DNA of 64,000 nucleotides, taken from NCBI GenBank assembly GCA_965216465.1, contig CBDCFW010000006.1, positions 320,001 to 384,000 on the forward strand, read 5' to 3'. Positions 9,613 through 19,737 of this stretch are shown piece after piece. The DNA comes from Bacteroidia bacterium. Its GTDB lineage: Bacteria > Bacteroidota > Bacteroidia > NS11-12g > UBA9320. The notes under the pieces were generated by a model. It was not told the origin of the DNA and did no database searches. It saw only the letters and a list, made by a program, of their open reading frames with translations. Each line of letters begins with the position of its first letter. The stretch's first letter is position 1. Made by a program: the position numbers and the translations under genes.

Positions 9613-10554
9613 ATGAAAATCCTTTTCTCGACAGCTCTTCTTTTTCTAGGACTCACCACTCTAGCTCAATCACCAAAAGGCTACTCTATCATTTTTGAAA
9701 ATACGGTAAATACCGGGTATCTTGAGAATAATAATTTATCGAGCATGCTTAACGGTTACGACAATCTACCAAACTACTTCAATAATTTCCCAAGCCTCGA
9801 TGCACAAATAACAGAGACTAAAGAATTCGATAGCACTACATCATTCTTCAATAGACCTTATCACATTGCTGGCGGAGATAAAATCTACTTTAGAAATACC
9901 ACCATCGGAATTCAAAAAGACATTCTTCGTTCAAACGGCACAGACATTAGCCACAGTTTTGGAATAAACATTGGTTTGGCAGATTTTAACTTGGGCACAA
10001 TCCAAAGCTATAGTAGCACGAACTACTTGGGCAAAGATTCAACACCTGAAGATGGCGTGTATCACATACAAGAATCAAGTCGTCGTTCGATATCAGCTTA
10101 CAAAAAAGTAAGACGAGTAGGGTTATACTACGAAAACAGCATCAGACTAAAACCGGCTAAATGGTTCAACCTTTCTATTTCACTGAGACACTTTGTTGAT
10201 CTAAAATATAAAGATCAACTGCTTACACGATATTCAGAACGATTGGCCGACACGTTCTTTACCTATGAGAAATACGATGATTATTCAATCTACTGGATGG
10301 ACTGCATTGTTCTTGGGCCAAGACTAAATCTTTATGACAAGGAAGAACCTCGTTCAATTCATGATGTTTCCGAGCGAGATGTTCAACTGAACTATAGAAA
10401 TTCCATTCTGTTTAGACCTGAATTTTTATTCGGAAAGCAAAAGAAGGTTTCATTGTATTTCAACGTTGGATTCTCTCCACTTCAGCTTCAAGGGGATGAT
10501 TTTGTCACTAACTCAAACTGGACGTATGGATACGGATTGAGGTATCGACTCTAA
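9613..10554 (+). CDS. Hypothetical outer-membrane beta-barrel protein
   Basis: Signal peptide MKILFSTALLFLGLTTLAQ; C-terminal strand YGYGLRYRL. Confidence 0.6.
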   Translation: MKILFSTALLFLGLTTLAQSPKGYSIIFENTVNTGYLENNNLSSMLNGYDNLPNYFNNFPSLDAQITETKEFDSTTSFFNRPYHIAGGDKIYFRNTTIGIQKDILRSNGTDISHSFGINIGLADFNLGTIQSYSSTNYLGKDSTPEDGVYHIQESSRRSISAYKKVRRVGLYYENSIRLKPAKWFNLSISLRHFVDLKYKDQLLTRYSERLADTFFTYEKYDDYSIYWMDCIVLGPRLNLYDKEEPRSIHDVSERDVQLNYRNSILFRPEFLFGKQKKVSLYFNVGFSPLQLQGDDFVTNSNWTYGYGLRYRL

Positions 10555-11196
10555 CTATTTTCGAGCTATAAGATAATCGGCGAAGCCATACCAATCCCAG
10601 TACACGCCGCCTTTTACATAGCCTAATTGAATCTTTTGAACCACAATCTTGATGGGCATAAGAAGAATATTTATCAATCTTCTGTTTTTGCCCGATTGCA
10701 ACACTTTCATCCCACCTTTATTGAAAATCCCAGCGATTTCCTCAATGCTATAGATGCGAACATGGGTATCATCGTCGTAGAAGTTCAAGGTGCCTTTTTT
10801 CGATGGGAAATCCTTGCTCGCTTCACATGGAAACTCTACATAAAATACCCCGCCTTCTTTGAGCTTTGGCATTAAGCCTTTTACCACATCATCACCATTG
10901 TGTAAATGCTCAATGATGTGACTCATAACTATAATGTCGTAATGGTTATCTGGTATTGCATCAAACTTCAACTCAGTTAAATCCAATTGAATGAACTCAT
11001 CCATATTGGCCAAGTCTTCTGCATCATTGTCATAATTTTGATCGCGATCTACTCCTGTATAGTGACAGAGTGGAAAGTGCTTTTTGGTTATCGTAGCCGA
11101 GTGACTTCCAGAACCAATATCCAGCACCTTACACGACAAAGTAGGTGAATATTTCTTTAGGATGTTTATCCGAAAAGGAGGTATAAAATTGGCCAT
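10555..11196 (-). CDS. Class I SAM-dependent methyltransferase
   Basis: VLDIGSG motif I, YDIIVMSHIIEHL, LKEGG. Confidence 0.85.
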   Translation of the reverse strand: MANFIPPFRINILKKYSPTLSCKVLDIGSGSHSATITKKHFPLCHYTGVDRDQNYDNDAEDLANMDEFIQLDLTELKFDAIPDNHYDIIVMSHIIEHLHNGDDVVKGLMPKLKEGGVFYVEFPCEASKDFPSKKGTLNFYDDDTHVRIYSIEEIAGIFNKGGMKVLQSGKNRRLINILLMPIKIVVQKIQLGYVKGGVYWDWYGFADYLIARK

Positions 11197-11577
11197 TTAC
11201 TTAACTGCAATAACGCTAATTTCTACATTAACTCGCTTAGGCAAGGTTTTTACCGCAACTGCCTCTCTAGCAGGAGGATTGTCAATAAAATACTGAGCAT
11301 AAACCTCATTTATACTGGTATAGTAATCCATGTCGCTCATAAAAATGCTGGCCTTTACAACGTTTGAAAAATCCATTTCAGCTGCTTTTAAAACAGCTTC
11401 AATATTCTTCATTACTTGAATTGTTTCGCTGATTATACCATCATCCACCAATTCTCCAGTTGCAGGATCAATGGCTATCTGACCGCTACAATACAAGGTA
11501 TCGTTTACAAGAACCGCTTGACTGTAAGGGCCTATGGCAGCAGGAGCATCTGGTGTACTTATTATTTTTTTACTCAT
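11197..11577 (-). CDS. ridA: RidA family enamine/imine deaminase
   Basis: APAAIGPYSQAV, SGQI, NEVY and PAREAV..LP..VEI motifs. Confidence 0.92.
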   Translation of the reverse strand: MSKKIISTPDAPAAIGPYSQAVLVNDTLYCSGQIAIDPATGELVDDGIISETIQVMKNIEAVLKAAEMDFSNVVKASIFMSDMDYYTSINEVYAQYFIDNPPAREAVAVKTLPKRVNVEISVIAVK

Positions 11578-11630
11578 TTTTATGCTTTAGTATTTGGTTT
11601 CAAGTTTAGCCTTTTAACTTTGCTCACTTC

Positions 11631-12287
11631 ATGAATATTGCAGCTAAAGGCCATCCCAATCAAATTCAAGAACTCGCTGAATTGCTTTCAGACCATTCTA
11701 TTTTGGAGTTCAAAATTAATGAAATTGACAGCTATGATGTCATCTTTGATTTGGATTTTGATGAAAACCCAGAACAATTCACAAATTACCTCGAAGTTGA
11801 CGAATGTTTAGTCGTAGCTGGATGCATCAGACTTCAACTTGAAGAAATTGTAGCAGAAGCTGGAATCAAACCAAACTGTGCTTTTATTGGCATGAATACC
11901 CTGCCAACTTTTATCAACCGAAGCTTGGTAGAATGCTGTGCCTTAAACGAAGAAGATCAAGAAATGGCAAAAGCTATTTTCACCTCTCTTGGACTTGAAA
12001 GCAGATTTGTGGAAAGCAGAGTAGGGTTGGTAACTCCTCGTATCGTTTGTATGATTATCAATGAAGCCTATTTTACGGTACAAGAAGGTACAGCTAGCCG
12101 TGAAGATATCGATCTTGGTATGAAACTCGGAACCGCGTATCCAAAGGGACCATTTGAATGGTGTGATGAAATTGGAATCGACAATGTTTATGAGACTTTA
12201 GAAGCACTATACCAAGACACTAAAGATGAACGCTACAAAATCTGCCCGCTGCTTAAAAAAGAGTACCTGCAGAGCTTTGTCTCTTAA
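11631..12287 (+). CDS. 3-hydroxyacyl-CoA dehydrogenase family protein (C-terminal domain; no clear NAD-binding GxGxxG)
   Basis: PRIVCMIINEAY, DIDLGMKLGTAYPKGPFEW. Confidence 0.8.
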   Translation: MNIAAKGHPNQIQELAELLSDHSILEFKINEIDSYDVIFDLDFDENPEQFTNYLEVDECLVVAGCIRLQLEEIVAEAGIKPNCAFIGMNTLPTFINRSLVECCALNEEDQEMAKAIFTSLGLESRFVESRVGLVTPRIVCMIINEAYFTVQEGTASREDIDLGMKLGTAYPKGPFEWCDEIGIDNVYETLEALYQDTKDERYKICPLLKKEYLQSFVS

Positions 12288-12293
12288 TTCGCA

Positions 12294-13874
12294 TCATACG
12301 CCTAATACTTTAAACTCAACTCTTCTATTCAGCAATTGACCTTGTTTGGTTGAATTATCGGCTATAGGATAATCAGGACCAAAGCCTTTAATCTCAATTC
12401 GTGATTCGTCAATTCCATTTAAGGTTAAAAAGCTCCTTACAGCCTTTGCCCTCCGTAAACTCAAATCCATATTGTGATCATAATCTCCAACGTCGCTAGT
12501 ATGACCTGATAGTTCAATTCTCATGGCATTATTGCCTAATAGAGCTTCGAGCAATTCTCCCAGTGTTTGAAAAGATTCAGGCAGTAACTCTGCTTCATCG
12601 TTCTCAAAATGTATATCATCAAGTATCAATTGGTCACCAACCTTGAGGTCAGTAAACAATCCTCCTTCTTTAGCAGGTTCCTCATCTTCTGACACCCCCT
12701 CAAAGTTGCACCCACAATCAGAACTTCCCGCAGGTACCAAACTCACATCGTCCATAAAATAATAACTCTCTTGTGCCTCACCATCTACACTAATCAAGTT
12801 AAGATCATGATGATTTTGAAAGCTCCCGATAACCAAATAACGTTCTCCACCTATTGCCTTGTACGAGCATTGTACCTTCATCCAACGTGTCTTGTAATTT
12901 AGTACTTGATCATTTAAACCCTTGCTCGGTTCTATAGTTAACAGTTCATCTGTGTTGATGCTCACTTTGTCCTGCGACAGTTTAAACCCAAACGCATTGG
13001 TTGCATATCTACTTGCAGGAGAAAGTTTTAGAAATGCTGAAAAGCAATAAACAGAATCTTTCTCTAAGGGCTGCTTCAATTCGTTCTGGAGATATTCAAT
13101 GTGCTTTTGCATGCTAAATACTCGAAAACCAACAAACGAAGAACCCGAATGTGAAACTCGAGGTGCTATATAAAAGTCTGGAGATTCAGACGCAATTTCC
13201 CAGCCCGGAACCTGGTTCGTAAACGACATAATCGTAAATGGCGCTTTAGGATGTATTTCAAACTCTGGGTTGCTTATATAATTATAAGGATGTTTGGTAT
13301 TTGTGTTTTGATCATTTACCAACTCACTATTTCCAACGCTATCTTCAAAACTCCGATATGCGCTATCGGTCATTGTTCCATTTGGATTTTGATATGTCGA
13401 ACTCCATTGTGACATCAAGTCCATTGGAATATGATTCTTTAACTTCTTTTTGTACTCCCATACTGTAAAGCTCTCAAAATCTTTGAACACGTGAATAATC
13501 CTGCCTCCATTATCAATAATTCCATTCTTAAATCCCAATTGATTGGTAATTGTGCCTTTATGATAATTGCGAATTAGGATAGTATCACCCGTCTCCGGTT
13601 CGTAATAAATCTCTAAGCCATGTTTACGGGTGAGTTTGGCTGACTTATTAGCCTTGTAGTTTACTTCAATCAAAGTATTTCCAAGCGAATCAATGGCCAA
13701 CCAACGACCATTTTTCAAATGTGCCGTAGTTTTCTGCCCAGTGACTACCGATCGGTATTTGATGCTTACATTTTCACCAACTGTTTCGGCAAGTAGACTT
13801 TTATACCGAATGGTATCTTGCCCGAAGGCAGCAACATTAATAAGTACAAGAAGAAGAGCTCCAGCCAGTTTCAT
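12294..13874 (-). CDS. OmpA-family peptidoglycan-binding protein
   Basis: Signal peptide at 13874; C-terminal IELSGHT..N..LS.RRAKAV..L and NRRVEF. Confidence 0.88.
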   Translation of the reverse strand: MKLAGALLLVLINVAAFGQDTIRYKSLLAETVGENVSIKYRSVVTGQKTTAHLKNGRWLAIDSLGNTLIEVNYKANKSAKLTRKHGLEIYYEPETGDTILIRNYHKGTITNQLGFKNGIIDNGGRIIHVFKDFESFTVWEYKKKLKNHIPMDLMSQWSSTYQNPNGTMTDSAYRSFEDSVGNSELVNDQNTNTKHPYNYISNPEFEIHPKAPFTIMSFTNQVPGWEIASESPDFYIAPRVSHSGSSFVGFRVFSMQKHIEYLQNELKQPLEKDSVYCFSAFLKLSPASRYATNAFGFKLSQDKVSINTDELLTIEPSKGLNDQVLNYKTRWMKVQCSYKAIGGERYLVIGSFQNHHDLNLISVDGEAQESYYFMDDVSLVPAGSSDCGCNFEGVSEDEEPAKEGGLFTDLKVGDQLILDDIHFENDEAELLPESFQTLGELLEALLGNNAMRIELSGHTSDVGDYDHNMDLSLRRAKAVRSFLTLNGIDESRIEIKGFGPDYPIADNSTKQGQLLNRRVEFKVLGV

Positions 13875-13938
13875 TTGTTTACTATCAAACGAAAATTGTG
13901 CCAGAAAAATATGAATCGCAATTAATTTAAACCAATTC

Positions 13939-16440
13939 TTAGAACTGTTGACCAATAAAGAAGTGGAATTGTCCTGCAGGTTCACCAGCACTTTGATCCA
14001 TCGCCCATGCATAATCAATTCCTAGAAGTCCAAACATAGGTAAGAACAGACGCACACCAACTCCACCTGCTCGTCTAACTTCAAATGGATTGAAATCTCT
14101 GAAACTGCTCCAAGCATTTCCTGCCTCTAAGAAGGTTTGAGCATAGATAGTAGAAGACTGGCCTACAGTTAATGGATAACGAAGTTCTAACGTGTACTTA
14201 GTATAGATTGGTTGTCCGCTCTGTCCAAATGCAGGGTCACTGATTCGACCTTCATCATAACCTCTTTGTGAAACAATATCAGTACCGTAAAGTACAAAGT
14301 TGGTCAAACCGCTACCCCCTACTTTGAACATTTCAAAAGGAGAATATCCAATATCTTGATTGTAAATTCCAATTGCTCCAAAACGGTAAGCTGGTGCAAT
14401 AACCACCTTTCTCTTTGCTTTCTGAGGGAAGCCTAAGAACCATTGCCCTGAGAACTTATACTTATGCAACTCAATCCACTTAAAGCGTTCTTGTGCAGTT
14501 AATGAAGTATAGTCTTTGTCTTTATCAAACAATGAATATGGAGGTGTTGCTTGAATAGAAGCTGCGAACGAAGATCCTTCTGTTGGATAGATTGGATGAT
14601 CGGTACTGTTTCTTTTCAGATCTAAGATCAAACTAACGTTGTTTGCAAATCCTGTTGTAAATCCAAGCTCGGATGCACCTGAGAAACTCCAATTGTTTAA
14701 AACATAGCGCTGGTAAGTTGCAGAAGCAGTGAACGAGAAGTAGTCATCAGGAAACTTCAATTGCTTTCCAAACATTACTGTTGCACCCGAAGTTTTAAAC
14801 TTTGGTCGATCCGCTTCGGTAGACCAAGTTGACTGCACACTGTGAAACACACTCGCCGAGAACATATTGGGCTTCTTACCACCTAACCATGGCTCTGTAA
14901 AGCTAAAGTTGTATCCTTGATATTGTGGCCCATTACTTTGAGCTCTGATTGACAATTTTTGGCCGTCACCCGCTGGAATTGGAGACCACCCACCAGGCTG
15001 AAACATCTTTCGTGTACTGAAGTTGTTTAAGGTAAGCCCTAGAGTTCCTACAAATCCTCCGATACCACCCCATCCTCCTGAGGCTTCAATCTGATCACTC
15101 GGTTTTTCAACCACTTTGTATTGAATATCTACCGTTCCATTTTGCGGATTTGGAATTGGATTTACGTCTAATCCTTCAGGATCGAAGAAACCAAGTTGTG
15201 CCAACTCACGCATACTTCTCTGAATGTCAGAACGACTAAATTTATCTCCTGGTCGCGTTCTTATCACACGCAAGGCAACAAAATCACTTGTTTTAGTGTT
15301 TCCTATCACGGTAACACGGTTTACTGTTGCTTGCTTTCCTTCATATATTCTAAGCTCAAGATCAATACTATCATTTTCCACAAGAACCTCAACCGGGTTA
15401 ATGTTGAAGAAGAGATAACCATCATCCATGTACAAAGCGGAAACATCAAATCCTGTTGGACTCGCAAATAGTTTGGTTTCCAAACGTGATTGATCATACA
15501 CATCACCTCGTCTAATTCCCAAAACCGTATCCAATAAACCTGAGCTGTATTTTGTATTTCCAACCCATGTGATATTTCTGAAATAGTACTTGTTTCCTTC
15601 CTCAATATTCATTCGGATAACCACTCGATCTTCTTCGGTGCGGTCTACAGAATAATCAAGCAATTTTGCATCTCGATAACCTTTCGAATTATACAGCTTC
15701 ATTACCTCCGGACGTGTTTCATCAAACACATCTTGAACAAACTTAGAAGAGGCAAAAATGTTAATCTTACGGTACTTTCTTTTAGGCTTAATAAGCTTTC
15801 TAAGCTGCTTATCTTCAATGCTGGCGTTTCCAGTGAACACAACATCTTGCACCTTTATTTTTTTCCCGCGTTGAATGTCAATTCGCAGCACCTCATAGTT
15901 TGGTTTCTCTGCATCAGGCTCTTTTTTGAAGTCAATTTCTACCCCATAATATCCCTTTTCAAAGAAGTAAGCTTCAATTTCTCTACGGGTAGAATTCACC
16001 AAATCTTCGGTAATAATTTGATTTCTTTTGAGGCTAATCTCATCACGAATATTATTCGTTTGAGATTTGTTTAGACCTTTAATCGAGTACTTCGATAAAC
16101 GAGGTCTTTCAGTTAAGTGAATAGCTAAATAGACTTTTTTACCATCTATTTTCAATGCGTGAATTTCGATGTCACTAAACAGCTTTTGTTTCCATAGCCG
16201 TTCAATAGCGATTCGTGTCTCATCACCAGGGATTGTTATCTTCTGGCCAACCGATAATCCAGACATCAAAATAACGATGTTCCGATCGGTAAAGCTTGTC
16301 CCTTTAAATTTGACATCAATTCCTCCTAATTCATACTGTTTTGGGTTCTCATAGTCGATTTCGATCCCTGCTCCTATTCCTAGTTGAGCGAATGAAAATG
16401 TTGCTTTTAGTATTAGTACGAGTGCTAATAATTTTTTCAT
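13939..16440 (-). CDS. bamA: Outer membrane protein assembly factor BamA
   Basis: POTRA repeats, SFTEPWLGGKKP, RGY motif, C-terminal FHFFIGQQF; adjacent to uppS. Confidence 0.95.
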   Translation of the reverse strand: MKKLLALVLILKATFSFAQLGIGAGIEIDYENPKQYELGGIDVKFKGTSFTDRNIVILMSGLSVGQKITIPGDETRIAIERLWKQKLFSDIEIHALKIDGKKVYLAIHLTERPRLSKYSIKGLNKSQTNNIRDEISLKRNQIITEDLVNSTRREIEAYFFEKGYYGVEIDFKKEPDAEKPNYEVLRIDIQRGKKIKVQDVVFTGNASIEDKQLRKLIKPKRKYRKINIFASSKFVQDVFDETRPEVMKLYNSKGYRDAKLLDYSVDRTEEDRVVIRMNIEEGNKYYFRNITWVGNTKYSSGLLDTVLGIRRGDVYDQSRLETKLFASPTGFDVSALYMDDGYLFFNINPVEVLVENDSIDLELRIYEGKQATVNRVTVIGNTKTSDFVALRVIRTRPGDKFSRSDIQRSMRELAQLGFFDPEGLDVNPIPNPQNGTVDIQYKVVEKPSDQIEASGGWGGIGGFVGTLGLTLNNFSTRKMFQPGGWSPIPAGDGQKLSIRAQSNGPQYQGYNFSFTEPWLGGKKPNMFSASVFHSVQSTWSTEADRPKFKTSGATVMFGKQLKFPDDYFSFTASATYQRYVLNNWSFSGASELGFTTGFANNVSLILDLKRNSTDHPIYPTEGSSFAASIQATPPYSLFDKDKDYTSLTAQERFKWIELHKYKFSGQWFLGFPQKAKRKVVIAPAYRFGAIGIYNQDIGYSPFEMFKVGGSGLTNFVLYGTDIVSQRGYDEGRISDPAFGQSGQPIYTKYTLELRYPLTVGQSSTIYAQTFLEAGNAWSSFRDFNPFEVRRAGGVGVRLFLPMFGLLGIDYAWAMDQSAGEPAGQFHFFIGQQF

Positions 16441-16448
16441 TTATGCTT

Positions 16449-17189
16449 CTATGTGCTTATTTGTTCGCTGGTTTTCCCAAACCTTCTTTCTCTACTTTGA
16501 TAATCTAAAATGGCTTCTTTCAGATGTTCTTTTCTGAAATCGGGCCAAAGAACTGTAGTAAAATACAATTCGCTATAAGCCATTTCCCATAAAAGGAAAT
16601 TGCTAATTCTTAACTCTCCACTTGTTCTGATCATTAACTCAGGGTGTGGATATTTATGTGTCGTTAAGGTGTTGTCAATTAATTCTTCGTTTATTTCATC
16701 AATCTCAATTTCTCCCGAAGCCGCCATTCGAGCGATACGTTTTGTAGCATTGACGATGTCCCATTTTGCACTGTAACTTAATGCAAGAATTAAGGTCATT
16801 CGGGTATTCCCTTTAGTTATCTCAATGGCTTCTTCAAGTTCTTTAACACACTCTTTCGGCAACATGCTTCTATCGCCAATAGCGTCAAGCTTGATTCCAT
16901 TCTCCATCAAAGTCTTCGTTTCATTTCTGATTGTTTTAACCAGAAGTGTCATCAAGGCATTTACTTCAATCTTTGGACGATTCCAGTTTTCGGTACTGAA
17001 AGCATACAGTGTAAGATATTTAACACCGAGTTCAGCACAACCTTCAGATACTTCACGTACCGCTTTTACACCATTTTGGTGGCCAAATATTCTAAACCGA
17101 CCTTTTTCTTTTGCCCAACGGCCATTACCATCCATGATGATGGCGATGTGATTCGGTAAGCGTGCTATGTCAATATTCTCGTTAGTCAA
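16449..17189 (-). CDS. uppS: Undecaprenyl diphosphate synthase
   Basis: HIAIIMDGNGRWA, YAFSTENWNRP, IRTSGELRISNFLLW. Confidence 0.97.
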   Translation of the reverse strand: MTNENIDIARLPNHIAIIMDGNGRWAKEKGRFRIFGHQNGVKAVREVSEGCAELGVKYLTLYAFSTENWNRPKIEVNALMTLLVKTIRNETKTLMENGIKLDAIGDRSMLPKECVKELEEAIEITKGNTRMTLILALSYSAKWDIVNATKRIARMAASGEIEIDEINEELIDNTLTTHKYPHPELMIRTSGELRISNFLLWEMAYSELYFTTVLWPDFRKEHLKEAILDYQSRERRFGKTSEQIST

Positions 17190-18003
17190 AGAAATGAATT
17201 CTGTTATAAGGACATTGAATTGGAGTGAATCGATACGAAATGGTAAATGCAGTTTGGAAATACCAGTCTTTTAAGTTTGGATCGCCACGCATATCACCTT
17301 GTTGAGACAAGATGCCTCCTGATTCTGAAACTTCCCAAGATCGATCAGTAAGTTGTCGTCCAGTTAGACTTATCGGATTATCAGGGTCTCGCAAATCAGG
17401 ATAAACAGTACTCACATCATCAAGATAGTCTGTAAAGGTTCTTCTCCATCCTGCTTCAAAACCAACAACCAAATTTTTGGTAACTGCGTGCTTTATTCCT
17501 ACTCCAAAAGGAACACTTATTTGAAAGAGTTTATAACGGTCATCGGCACTTAGTTGCTCTGTATTTTGAGCATGGAGATCATACCATACGCCATTTAATT
17601 CTGCTTCTGGCTTATGTAAAAACCCAGCTAGTCCCATCATTGCATAGAACGATGTTGATTCGTGAATGGTACTTGCACTAAACGGTTTGAAGTTAAATTC
17701 AAAGATGGTACCCACCTCGTAAATGTTATTTCTGAAGCTTAAGTTTCTTAAATGGTACTCTTCAAAGTTTTGATCAGAGCCCGAAATTTGCATGTACGAT
17801 AAAGTTGGACGTAATGACCAAAACTCATTGAAATTGTATTTGAAAAATCCTCCACCTGAGAAATTAGTTTCCCTCGGAACGATGTTATACGCCAAATCAC
17901 CATGATAGTTAGACCCGCCAGCCATCAATCCCAACTCCCAAGACTGGGCATAGCTTGTAAGTACTGAAACTAAAAGCAGGATATTGAATGTGATTCTCTT
18001 CAT
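17182..18003 (-). CDS. PorG/DUF6089-like outer membrane beta-barrel
   Basis: GGSNYHGDL, RNLSF, PFGVGIK, TFTDYLDDVS, RGDP..KDWY; directly upstream of uppS. Confidence 0.75.
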   Translation of the reverse strand: MKRITFNILLLVSVLTSYAQSWELGLMAGGSNYHGDLAYNIVPRETNFSGGGFFKYNFNEFWSLRPTLSYMQISGSDQNFEEYHLRNLSFRNNIYEVGTIFEFNFKPFSASTIHESTSFYAMMGLAGFLHKPEAELNGVWYDLHAQNTEQLSADDRYKLFQISVPFGVGIKHAVTKNLVVGFEAGWRRTFTDYLDDVSTVYPDLRDPDNPISLTGRQLTDRSWEVSESGGILSQQGDMRGDPNLKDWYFQTAFTISYRFTPIQCPYNRIHFFD

Positions 18004-18079
18004 AAGATCGACTTATTTAATACGTAAAAACTAGTGAGATGTTACTCGACGTGTTAAATATGTAATTTTTATGACTGGT

Positions 18080-19000
18080 TTAGAATCCTGGGCACTTAGG
18101 ACGGTTACCCCAAATTCTATAGGTTAAACTAAATCCAAGAATTCCGTAAGAATCATTCTTTTCTGGATTACCACGTTGGTTGTTGTTCAACTCATCGTGC
18201 AACACTGTGCTTCTGTCAGCCATTGCTGCAGACATAGAACCATAAGCCGACTGCAAACGTGTTGGGTCAACATAGGTCGTACTCACATCATCAATATAAT
18301 CTGTAAACGTGAATCGAGCACCATACTCGATTCCAAAAGACCATCTATTGCTGAACTTAAACTTAACTCCCGCTCCTAACGGTACTGCCAGTTGCGTCAG
18401 ATGATAGCGCTCTCTTTCGTTAAACTCAGTAGTTCCTTGCCCTTCAGTTCCTAATGGTTGTAAATCTATCCATTCACCATCTCGGTCAATTAAATCAGTA
18501 TATGTAGAACCCGGACGAGATACGTGCGGACTGCTTGGATCATAAATAAATTGTGCTTGAGGATTAAATTTAAAAACTGATATACCTGTAAACACATAAG
18601 GAATAACTCCAGTTTTCTCACGAAGATCAGTTCTTCTTAAGTTAATTTCAACCGCTCCGGTAAAATCCCAAAGTGTAGATTGAAAACTCAAATTTCTGCT
18701 TGCTGGATCCTCAGGATCTTCATACCAGTTATCGTCTCCTGCTAGCCCTCCATACTGTGCACTTAATCTAAACGTTGCAAGCTCACCAGGAGTGTAACGT
18801 GTTATTAGTCCAACGGCTGGTTTTAATCCTCTTGCTTCAAAATAAGATTGAGTAAGATCACCGCTGTAGTGACTTGCTCCTCCTATAATGCCGAATTCAA
18901 GCGAACTCGTTCTAAACCAACGTTGTGCATTCGAAGTGTTACTCACTCCGAGCAGTAGAAGTAAACCAATTAATCCAATTCCTTTATTTATCTTTTTCAT
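18080..19000 (-). CDS. PorG/DUF6089-like outer membrane beta-barrel (paralog)
   Basis: GGASHYSGDL, RNLSF, LQPLGTEGQG, FTFTDYIDDVS, RGNP..NDSY. Confidence 0.75.
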   Translation of the reverse strand: MKKINKGIGLIGLLLLLGVSNTSNAQRWFRTSSLEFGIIGGASHYSGDLTQSYFEARGLKPAVGLITRYTPGELATFRLSAQYGGLAGDDNWYEDPEDPASRNLSFQSTLWDFTGAVEINLRRTDLREKTGVIPYVFTGISVFKFNPQAQFIYDPSSPHVSRPGSTYTDLIDRDGEWIDLQPLGTEGQGTTEFNERERYHLTQLAVPLGAGVKFKFSNRWSFGIEYGARFTFTDYIDDVSTTYVDPTRLQSAYGSMSAAMADRSTVLHDELNNNQRGNPEKNDSYGILGFSLTYRIWGNRPKCPGF

Positions 19001-19095
19001 GATGTTTTCGCATTTAAGGGCCAATGCTCAGTACAATTAGCAAAAGTACCATTTTAAAACGAATTTATGTAGTGATTATTTTATGAAGAACTTGA

Positions 19096-19722
19096 TCAAG
19101 CCAAGGTAAAGAACTCGGTCTTCTCATGTGTATGGTTCAGAATTACCCCTGCATGAATTAAATTGACCACAATTTTAGAGGCTCTCCACTTCGAAATATT
19201 GACCATTTTTTTGAATTCTTTGAGGGTTATTCTTTCATGAGATTCTAGGTATTTCAGCAATGCCTCTTCGTTCTTTCCATACTTAATTAAGCTGCCTTTT
19301 TCTGAGCTTTGCCTGTGAAGTACATCTACCACTATCTTGCTGGCTAACAAGCTTTTATCTTTGTTTCTAATATAGACCCACCACTTACCATCATCGCCTT
19401 TGGCGTAACAAGGTTTTTCTTCAATTTCGGGAACAATGCACTCTAAAATAACCTTGTTTCCTATCTCATGCTCAATTATTTCAATTGGAATTTCAGGTTT
19501 ACAATAGAAAGATGCCGCCAAATCAAGCATATAGGCCTCATCTTCACTCTTTATACCCGCAATTGACCGATTGTCGCGAACACCAACCAACAACACTCCT
19601 CCTTTGTGATTCGCAAAACTCACCATGGTTTTGGCAATTTTAACGGCGGAGCTTATTTCTTGTTTGTAGTCTAAACGATCACTCTCCCCATCAATTAGAT
19701 ATTGTTTTATTCGATCTTCCAC
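19096..19722 (-). CDS. Schlafen/AlbA_2-domain protein with C-terminal wHTH
   Basis: GESDRLDYK, KTMVSFANHKGGVLLVGVRD; C-terminal ITLKEF..NIS..RA HTH-like segment. Confidence 0.8.
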   Translation of the reverse strand: MEDRIKQYLIDGESDRLDYKQEISSAVKIAKTMVSFANHKGGVLLVGVRDNRSIAGIKSEDEAYMLDLAASFYCKPEIPIEIIEHEIGNKVILECIVPEIEEKPCYAKGDDGKWWVYIRNKDKSLLASKIVVDVLHRQSSEKGSLIKYGKNEEALLKYLESHERITLKEFKKMVNISKWRASKIVVNLIHAGVILNHTHEKTEFFTLA

Positions 19723-19737
19723 TTAACATTCAACAAT

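Noticed and set aside
13875-14018. Extended OmpA ORF overlapping the bamA 3' end
   Set aside because: The signal peptide begins at 13874; the extension comes from longest-ORF calling
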